Part shown: positions 1 through 5,629 of the stretch, piece by piece
Numbering within the stretch: position 1 is the first letter of the stretch
How the letters are laid out: every line of letters starts with the position of its first letter
IMG/VR virus record: IMGVR_UViG_3300033168_000003
Location: 1-42,993 of that record
Strand: one strand, 5' to 3'
DNA: 42,993 bases
Source: a virus
Lineage: Duplodnaviria; Caudoviricetes
Notes under the pieces: generated by a model
Told to the model about the DNA's origin: nothing
The model's input: only the letters and a program-made list of their open reading frames with translations
Database searches by the model: none
Position numbers and translations under genes: made by a program

Positions 1-1
1 T

Positions 2-193
2 CCCCGGCGGATCGCCTACGTCGCCTGCGACCCCGCGTCCTTCGCCCGGGACCTGCGGGTCTTCCTGGACGCCGGCTGGACCATGCCCTCGCTGCGGGCC
101 TTCGACATCTTCCCGATGACCGAGCACACAGAACTCGTTGCGATCTTGGAACCGCCCAGGTCAGAGGGTGTCTCCGCAGGTCAGCGCGGGTGA
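2..193 (+). CDS. 3' end (partial) of host RlmD/TrmA-family SAM-dependent RNA (uracil-5)-methyltransferase; codons after 127 are phage-supplied
   Basis: Frame 2 translates PRRIAYVACDPASFARDLRVFLDAGWTMPSLRAFDIFPMTEHTELVAILEPPRSEGVSAGQRG*. YVxCDPxxxARD and DxFPxTxHxE are the C-terminal motifs of the family. Confidence 0.9.
   Translation, partial: PRRIAYVACDPASFARDLRVFLDAGWTMPSLRAFDIFPMTEHTELVAILEPPRSEGVSAGQRG
109..127 (+). repeat. att core, left copy (19 bp CTTCCCGATGACCGAGCAC)
   Basis: Exact direct repeat of 41962..41980, which lies just downstream of the integrase. Confidence 0.95.
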
Positions 194-250
194 CGGGGCT
201 AGACGAGTGTCTGTGGGGATGTGTGGGCATGTGCCGGTTCGTGGCGTGCT

Positions 251-272
251 TGTGGCAGATCCGTGGCAGACG
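251..272 (+). promoter_or_regulatory. Putative integrase arm-type binding sites (left)
   Basis: TGTGGCAGATCCGTGGCAGACG, tandem GTGGCAG at 11-bp spacing; 20/22 identical to 41874..41895 near the other att core. Confidence 0.65.
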
Positions 273-354
273 CGACGGCTCGCGGGGGCAATGCGCAGGC
301 GACACGAAACGGCCCGCCAGTGCGTAGCATCCCGAGCATGCGGGGACTGTGGCG

Positions 355-684
355 ATGAGCTGGTGGGTAGGTGTCGACCTCGACGGCGACGGCGACGAGC
401 CTGTGGACGATGATCACCGCAACGTCACCTACAACGTGAGCAAGCTGCTGCGGCTGGTCCTGCCGCACAAGGATGGGCTGTGGGGCTACGCCGGGGCACC
501 GGCCTCCGAGGCCGGTGGCATCTTCGCGAAGGCCGCCGTTGAGCTTGCTGCACTCCCGACCGAAGTGGTCGCGCCGTTGGAACCGTCGAACGGTTGGGGC
601 AGCAGGACTAGCGCAGTGGAGGATCTGCGCTGGCTGGCCGAAGCGTGCGCCTCCGCCCCCAAGGGCAACGTGTACGTGCACTGA
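355..684 (+). CDS. Phage hypothetical protein (moron-like, opposite to late operon)
   Basis: 109-aa ORF MSWWVGVDL...NVTYNVS...PSNGWG...; protein-like composition with GC-rich third positions. Confidence 0.75.
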   Translation: MSWWVGVDLDGDGDEPVDDDHRNVTYNVSKLLRLVLPHKDGLWGYAGAPASEAGGIFAKAAVELAALPTEVVAPLEPSNGWGSRTSAVEDLRWLAEACASAPKGNVYVH

Positions 685-690
685 GGGCAG

Positions 691-732
691 CACGAAACGG
701 CCCGCCCCATCCGGTGAGGGTGAGACGGGCCG
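691..732 (-). terminator. Rho-independent terminator for leftward late transcript
   Basis: Minus strand CGGCCCGTCTCA...TGGGGCGGGCCG forms a 12-bp stem (with G-U pairs) followed by TTTCGTG. Confidence 0.65.
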
Positions 733-757
733 CGAACGTGCGCGAGAGGCTGAACAG

Positions 758-892
758 GTGAGCGAAGAAGACTACGGCGAGGAGTACACCAGCTTCGTTG
801 GGCCTTGCACCTGCGACCACACCGAGGAGCAGCACAGTTGGGGTGACTGCGACTACGGGGGCTGCAAGTGCGAGGCCGGGTGGGAGGAGTGA
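758..892 (+). CDS. Small acidic Cys/His-rich protein (44 aa)
   Basis: GTG start after GAGAGG; VSEEDYGEEYTSFVGPCTCDHTEEQHSWGDCDYGGCKCEAGWEE. Confidence 0.55.
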   Translation: MSEEDYGEEYTSFVGPCTCDHTEEQHSWGDCDYGGCKCEAGWEE

Positions 893-958
893 CCTAGTGC
901 GTGAGCACGAGCACGAGGTGTAGCTCGATGTCGGCGGGGCTTTCCCCTGTCTGCCCGT

Positions 959-1555
959 CTAGGCCTGCTGCGCGGCGAACGCCGCACGGGCCACGGGGTG
1001 AGTAGCGTCGAGTTCCTGCCCGTCGTGGTGCTTCCCGCTCGGGTCGTACAGCACCCGGACAGCAGCGACACCGGAGCCTCGCGGGGCGACTGGCGCGACC
1101 GCTACCCCGTCCACGAACAACACAAAGTCGTCGTGTTTGAAGGTCTCGATGTCCGTTATCGGAGTCGGATAGTGATGGAGGCCGGCGGCCTTGGGTAGCA
1201 CCCCAGTGTGAAGTCCTGCTGGGAGCGGAACGGACGCGTTCCAGAACGAGTCTGTCCAGGCTGCGACGCTGGCCGCGTCGGTAATCGGCGTGTGCAGGAT
1301 GGCGACGTCTGCCGCGGTCATACCCAGCTCGGAGACGTAGGCAGGCTCGGTCAGTGGGAACCCTGCGACCAGGCGCTCAGCGACTAGCCTGAGCCGCTCG
1401 ACCTTCGCCGGGTCGGCGCAGAACTGTGCCGACCACTCGATGCCGGCGAGGTTCTTGACCATGAACCAGCCGGTGGAGTCCCGCAGCCACGCGCCGCCGC
1501 CGTGGTGGCACTGAACTGCTACCAGGGTCATCCCTGGTGGTATCTTAGTAGTCAT
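959..1555 (-). CDS. C-terminal part of split DUF6424-like protein
   Basis: QCHHGGGAWLRDSTGWFMVKNLAGIEWSAQFCADPAKV...WTDSFWNASVPLP...HHYPTPITDI resembles DUF6424 as I recall it. Possible starts are ATG 1555 (GAGGCAGG upstream) or ATG 1531. Confidence 0.65.
   Translation of the reverse strand: MTTKIPPGMTLVAVQCHHGGGAWLRDSTGWFMVKNLAGIEWSAQFCADPAKVERLRLVAERLVAGFPLTEPAYVSELGMTAADVAILHTPITDAASVAAWTDSFWNASVPLPAGLHTGVLPKAAGLHHYPTPITDIETFKHDDFVLFVDGVAVAPVAPRGSGVAAVRVLYDPSGKHHDGQELDATHPVARAAFAAQQA
1538..1546 (+). promoter_or_regulatory. Extended -10 element (TGgTATCTT) of putative leaderless promoter for HNH gene
   Basis: TGnTAnnnT located 7 nt before the ATG at 1554, with no SD; typical actinobacterial leaderless layout. 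Confidence 0.55.
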
Positions 1556-2045
1556 GAGAACCTGCCTCGATTGCGGAGTCACGTTGACTGGTCACGGCGA
1601 CGCCGTGCGATGCAAGCCCCATTCCATTACCTACTGGCACCGGCAACGGCGAGGCCAAGACGCTTTGCTTGGGTCGGTCTCGCCGAAGGGTTACCGGCGG
1701 ATCAAGGTGAACGGACGGCTAGTGATGGAGCACCGCTACGTCATGGAACGGCACCTCGGCCGCGCCTTGGGTCGCAGCGAGGTTGTGCACCACATCAACG
1801 GCGACCGGCTCGACAACAGGGTGGAGAACCTTGAGGTCAAGGGCAGTCAGGGGGAACACCTGCTCGAGCACCAGCCCAAGGCGCAGTGGCTCTGCCTCAG
1901 GTGCGGAGAGCCGTTTGCGTCGAAGCCGTCAGCTCGTCAGAAGTTCTGCTCGAGGTTGTGCTACCACAAGGCGCATCAGGGAGTGGCACCTGCCGGCGCA
2001 TCATTCGGGGAACCCGCCGCGGTCATCAGCCCGCCGCCGAAGTAG
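1554..2045 (+). CDS. HNH homing endonuclease with Zn-finger modules, antisense inside a split gene
   Basis: GYRRI...EHRYVMERHLGR.L...EVVHHINGDRLDNRVENL is an HNH_3-type motif; CxxC/FCSRLC modules flank it. Confidence 0.9.
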   Translation: MRTCLDCGVTLTGHGDAVRCKPHSITYWHRQRRGQDALLGSVSPKGYRRIKVNGRLVMEHRYVMERHLGRALGRSEVVHHINGDRLDNRVENLEVKGSQGEHLLEHQPKAQWLCLRCGEPFASKPSARQKFCSRLCYHKAHQGVAPAGASFGEPAAVISPPPK

Positions 2046-2194
2046 AAGTCCGGGCCGGCCAGCCCTAGCGCCGTGATCATGTGCTTGCGGCTGCGGCCGT
2101 ACAGGGGTGTGTCGGCCCGTTTCGGGTGGTCCCCGATGTTGATGGTCCAGCCGTGGTCCTCGGCCTCAGTGTGCGTGCCCTTCATGGTCGTCAC
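1976..2194 (-). CDS. N-terminal part of split DUF6424-like protein
   Basis: GTG start overlaps the peptidase stop (GTGA); GTHTEAEDHGWTINIGDHPKRADTPLY..SRK; same reading frame as 959..1555. Confidence 0.65.
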   Translation of the reverse strand: MTTMKGTHTEAEDHGWTINIGDHPKRADTPLYGRSRKHMITALGLAGPDFYFGGGLMTAAGSPNDAPAGATP

Positions 2195-4218
2195 AGTTCC
2201 CACGCCTTTCGGAGGAGTCCGTTCACGACTGAGCGGAGGCTGTGGCGGCGTCGGTGCGCCCGGTCGGTCGCCTCGGCCCACACGTCGTCATCGAGGATGA
2301 CCGCGTGCGGGTGCGGCGTGGGAGGCTGGACAGGTGACGGAGCAGGCGGTGCAGGCGGTGCAGGAGGCGATGGAGGCACGGTTGTTGGCGCGGGACCGGG
2401 AGGACTGGGAGGCACGGGAGCGGGCGGCTCGGGCGGAGTAGGAGCGGGCGGAGCGGGCGGCGCGACAGCGACCGGGAACGGCCGGCCCGTCAGGCTCGTG
2501 AACGCTGCGGCGAACCCAGCGAGGTCCAGGTGGTCCCGCAAGCCGGGGTTCTCGACCTGCGCCTTCGTCAGGATGAACCACGCTTCCTCGACCTGAGCGC
2601 TGACGAACGCGGGGGTCATCTCGACCACGGCACCCCACGAGACGGTCTCGTCCTTGGCGTCCTGCTGGTAGCCGACCCACGCCGTTGCGTGCCCGCCTAC
2701 GACAGGTGAGGCCGGGTCGACGTCCCATACCTGCGCACCGAGCTGCGACTGCTTGAGCGTCTCCCCGGTGACGATTGCCAAGCCGAGGTAGGTCGCGGCC
2801 TGCACGACATCGGGCCGGGTGAAGTCGACGGCGGCGAACGCGAGGATGTCGCCTTGCTTCGTGAGGTAGGCCAGGAAGTCCTGGACGAGCATCCCGCCGT
2901 CGTCCGCGCTCCCCGCGCCGTGCTGCGCGCTGGCGGGGTCGAACTGGGGGTTCTGCGTCTTGTACAGGTTGATGATCTCGGCGTCGGTCCAGCCCGGCCG
3001 GGTGACACCGACCACGGCCATGATGGTCTGCAGCGCATGGTCGGCGGCGGCGACGACGCAGTTGTGGGTTACGATGCCGTTAGCGACGAACCATCGCGTC
3101 GCCGTAGAGAGGTCGTAGACATGCCCGTCGTACCACTCGCGGTGAACACCGACGATGCGATCCGGCGCTACGAGGCCGGGGAAGCGCTCCTCGAGATCTC
3201 CGGCGAGATGGGGGTCAGTCTGGGCACCCTCACTCGACGGATGAACGCTGCTGGCCACAAGCGACGTTCGATCGCGGAGTCCACTGCCATAGCCGTTCGC
3301 CGGCGCACTCCCGACCTGACGCCGTTCTTTGACCGCTACGTTGCCGGGGAGGCGTCCTACGTCGACTTGGCTCGCGAGGCTGGAGTGGGCCAACCGCTGT
3401 TCCGAAGACTGCTTGTCGAAGCTGGCATCGCTGTCCGGTCGCAGCCCGTCAGCCTCAGCATGAGGTACGCACAAATGACGGTCTCGGAACGGCACGAGCG
3501 GGTTGCTGCCGCTCATGACGCGACCCGAGGCAAACCTGCCTCTCCGTTTCGCTTGGAACATCGCGCACAGACCATGGAACGCACCCTGCAGCTTTCCAGC
3601 CGGCAGGATCTCATCCTCGCCGTTTGGCTTGCGCAGCGCGGGATCGACTTCACGCTGCAGAAGGCTGTTGGGCCGTACAACGTCGACATCGCCGTCCATG
3701 AACCGGCCGTCGCCGTGGAAGTCGACGGCGCCTACCACCTGCCGGAACTTCGCCAGCTCTCCCGATCCCGCAGTACCCCGGAGCAGCGCCGCGAACTTCT
3801 CCTCGACCGGGGCTATCGCTTCATCTCCGTCCTGACCAAAGATGCCGGTGGCGACTTCCTCAGTCCACTCAGCGCCGACCGCGTAGTCACCCTGCTTGAG
3901 GAAGCGCGCACGGATGAACCCTCGTGGGGTCAGTACTGCGTGATTGGGCGTAACGGTGAGGTGTCTCCCGGAGGCAAACCGTAGAGCCACGACAGGGCCG
4001 TCGTACTTCACTCGATAGCCGGCCTCGACGTTCGCTGCCCCCACTTCGGTGCCTTCGGTGAGGCACGTCCCGTACTTGTCGTTCAGGTCCATCGGCCACG
4101 ACAGTCCCGGTGCGGGGTCCGCGATGGGGTGGTCCGGGACAGCGGTGAGGAACGCCGCGAGGTCCAGGCGGGCTTTGTGGAGCTGCGCGGGCCTACGCCC
4201 GAGCATCCGGTCAGTCAT
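2191..4218 (-). CDS. Papain-like cysteine peptidase containing an intein, with Pro-rich linker and RHH-like C-terminal tail (675-aa precursor, ~340 aa spliced)
   Basis: Start ATG 4218 with GGAGA SD and TGATG coupling to the holin. Exteins join to LNDKYGT-CVVAA; GGHATAWVGY and SWG motifs match a papain-like Cys/His arrangement. Confidence 0.8.
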   Translation of the reverse strand: MTDRMLGRRPAQLHKARLDLAAFLTAVPDHPIADPAPGLSWPMDLNDKYGTCLTEGTEVGAANVEAGYRVKYDGPVVALRFASGRHLTVTPNHAVLTPRGFIRARFLKQGDYAVGAEWTEEVATGIFGQDGDEAIAPVEEKFAALLRGTAGSGELAKFRQVVGAVDFHGDGRFMDGDVDVVRPNSLLQREVDPALRKPNGEDEILPAGKLQGAFHGLCAMFQAKRRGRFASGRVMSGSNPLVPFRDRHLCVPHAEADGLRPDSDASFDKQSSEQRLAHSSLASQVDVGRLPGNVAVKERRQVGSAPANGYGSGLRDRTSLVASSVHPSSEGAQTDPHLAGDLEERFPGLVAPDRIVGVHREWYDGHVYDLSTATRWFVANGIVTHNCVVAAADHALQTIMAVVGVTRPGWTDAEIINLYKTQNPQFDPASAQHGAGSADDGGMLVQDFLAYLTKQGDILAFAAVDFTRPDVVQAATYLGLAIVTGETLKQSQLGAQVWDVDPASPVVGGHATAWVGYQQDAKDETVSWGAVVEMTPAFVSAQVEEAWFILTKAQVENPGLRDHLDLAGFAAAFTSLTGRPFPVAVAPPAPPAPTPPEPPAPVPPSPPGPAPTTVPPSPPAPPAPPAPSPVQPPTPHPHAVILDDDVWAEATDRAHRRRHSLRSVVNGLLRKAWEL
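2316..2341 (+). repeat. 26-bp direct repeat, copy 1 (GCGTGGGAGGCTGGACAGGTGACGGA)
   Basis: Identical to 4310..4335; encodes SPVQPPT in both the peptidase and the holin. Confidence 0.9.
3061..4065 (-). mobile_element. Class 1 intein, 335 aa
   Basis: Block A CLTEGTEV, block B LTVTPNHAVLT, block F YDGHVYDLST, block G FVANGIVTHN followed by Cys+1; no LAGLIDADG motif in frame. Confidence 0.93.
3121..3984 (+). CDS. Vsr/DUF559-like endonuclease with tandem HTH-like modules, encoded antisense within the intein (287 aa)
   Basis: AGAGAGG SD then ATG 3121. Two RYxAGE...G..RS HTH-like repeats; QKAVGPYNVDIA...VAVEVDGAYH...RELLLDRGYRFI nuclease motifs. Confidence 0.85.
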   Translation: MPVVPLAVNTDDAIRRYEAGEALLEISGEMGVSLGTLTRRMNAAGHKRRSIAESTAIAVRRRTPDLTPFFDRYVAGEASYVDLAREAGVGQPLFRRLLVEAGIAVRSQPVSLSMRYAQMTVSERHERVAAAHDATRGKPASPFRLEHRAQTMERTLQLSSRQDLILAVWLAQRGIDFTLQKAVGPYNVDIAVHEPAVAVEVDGAYHLPELRQLSRSRSTPEQRRELLLDRGYRFISVLTKDAGGDFLSPLSADRVVTLLEEARTDEPSWGQYCVIGRNGEVSPGGKP

Positions 4219-4655
4219 CAGCTGGTCTCCTGGGCGGGGAAAGGGACGGGGGTGACCTGGACGCTTCCGCCGGCCGCGGGGGGCGTGTCCGGGTAGGCGT
4301 CGGCCGGGAGCGTGGGAGGCTGGACAGGTGACGGAACCGGTGTCGGAGTGGGTGCAGGAGCAGGGATGGGCGTGGGAGCCGGGTCTTCGGGACGAGCAGC
4401 GCTGATCTGTTCCGGTAGCCCTGATGGGTCTGCGAGGTCGGGCCGGGATGTGTGCGGCGCCACGTAGCCGCTGACGCCCTGAACGACGACCAGTAGGGCC
4501 GCGCCCAACGCCGCGAGGCTGATGGTTTCCTGCGCTGTTGGGTGGAACCACCCGAACGCCAGGACGGTGCGGTAGGCGGCTGCCCCGAGGGTGCCGGTGA
4601 GGGCGGTCGCGACGAGCGGGACCGCGACCTTCAGTTCGACGTTGCCGAGTTTCAT
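4218..4655 (-). CDS. Putative holin with Pro-rich C-terminal tail
   Basis: Two hydrophobic segments followed by GYVAPHT; ATGA-coupled to the endolysin. Confidence 0.7.
   Translation of the reverse strand: MKLGNVELKVAVPLVATALTGTLGAAAYRTVLAFGWFHPTAQETISLAALGAALLVVVQGVSGYVAPHTSRPDLADPSGLPEQISAARPEDPAPTPIPAPAPTPTPVPSPVQPPTLPADAYPDTPPAAGGSVQVTPVPFPAQETS
4310..4335 (+). repeat. 26-bp direct repeat, copy 2
   Basis: Identical to 2316..2341. Confidence 0.9.
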
Positions 4656-5629
4656 CGGGTTGCCTCCGGGAGAGCGGCGAGCGCCGCAGAGTTGGGCAGG
4701 ACACGGACGGCGGCGCGTTGTAGGCCCCGGGCGTGCCACTCCGGGCTGGTGACGTGCCGGATCTCCCACACGGCGGGCTGGCCGGCGAACTGCGCGAGGA
4801 ACGCCACAGACGGCGCCGCGGGAGGCGGTGGGGCGTGCGGTGTAGGTGGCTTGGGGGCGTACAGGACCGCACCAGTCTCCAGACCAAAGAGTCCGTCAAC
4901 GACGAGCCCGTGCGCGGCTTGGAACCGCTTCACCGCGGCTTCAGTCCCCGGTCCGAAGTAGCCATCCGCGGGCGTGACTCCGAGCGCGGTCTGCATGATG
5001 CGGGTGTGTACGCCCTGGCACCACAGTTGCAGCGGGAGCGTCTCCGGGTGGTAGGTGCCCATCGGCGGGCCGGCAGGCGCACCGCCAGGGCCGAGGAGCA
5101 GCATGAAGCGGTCCCACGGGAAGTTCGGCCCGGGGTCGGTGTGGTCGCTCTGGTGGAACGCGTTGCTGACGTCCACGTGTCCGCGCTGACCGCCGTGGTT
5201 GGCCCGCACCTCATCGACGGTGCAGCGGTGGATCGGGATGCCGTACCGGATCGCGTCAGCCTTGACCTCGGCTGCGACGCGGGCGACGGCCGGCCACACC
5301 TCCGGGCTGAGCCACTGGTCGCGGGTGTACCAGCTCTGACCGCAGATCTCGTAGCCCAAGGTGCGGATGTTCACGGGAGCGTGCCAGCAGATCATGTCGT
5401 CGGGGGCGCACCGCACCGACGTGGCGACGTCGCACACCACATGGGCACTACCGCCAGACGCCTGGCTCTTGAAGTAGTCGGCGGTCCCTACTGCCATGCC
5501 GGCCTGCGACGACCAGGACCACGGCACGTTGGACGGCTGGCCGGGGCAGGTCGCGTGGATCGTTTGCGCGAACGGCGGGAGGTTGCTGCCCGAACTGAAG
5601 TGGGCAGGCGGGCCGAGGTAGATGCTCAT
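4652..5629 (-). CDS. Endolysin: N-acetylmuramoyl-L-alanine amidase (Amidase_2) plus peptidoglycan-binding domain
   Basis: IHAT, SAH, WHA..N..T.GYE, GH, HTDPG motifs; DGYFGPGTEAAVKRFQAAHGLVVDG (PG_binding_1). Confidence 0.92.
   Translation of the reverse strand: MSIYLGPPAHFSSGSNLPPFAQTIHATCPGQPSNVPWSWSSQAGMAVGTADYFKSQASGGSAHVVCDVATSVRCAPDDMICWHAPVNIRTLGYEICGQSWYTRDQWLSPEVWPAVARVAAEVKADAIRYGIPIHRCTVDEVRANHGGQRGHVDVSNAFHQSDHTDPGPNFPWDRFMLLLGPGGAPAGPPMGTYHPETLPLQLWCQGVHTRIMQTALGVTPADGYFGPGTEAAVKRFQAAHGLVVDGLFGLETGAVLYAPKPPTPHAPPPPAAPSVAFLAQFAGQPAVWEIRHVTSPEWHARGLQRAAVRVLPNSAALAALPEATR

Noticed and set aside
893-958. Possible small RNA or terminator after the split gene
   Set aside because: Only a short GGGG-AAAG-CCCC stem with no U-tract or recognisable RNA family.
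1505-1989. GTGGCAC (1505/1983) and TGCTACCA (1517/1959) repeats as insertion boundaries or gene-60-like bypass sites
   Set aside because: Joining at either repeat does not restore the frame, and the gap is far longer than known bypasses.
1515-2030. Group I/II intron explaining the split gene
   Set aside because: The HNH ORF fills almost the whole interval and I see no ribozyme core or boundary motifs. An Infernal/Rfam scan would be decisive.
2854-3120. Upstream extension of the antisense endonuclease ORF to TTG 2854
   Set aside because: It is the codon-aligned shadow of the C-extein. ATG 3121 has an SD and keeps the gene inside the intein.
3200-3880. In-frame LAGLIDADG or HNH domain in the intein
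   Set aside because: No such motifs are visible in the sense frame.
4219-4899. N-terminal 227 aa of the 902-aa ORF in the track
   Set aside because: It overlaps the holin and amidase in another frame and is Arg/Pro-rich shadow sequence. The real start is ATG 4218, with an SD and TGATG coupling.
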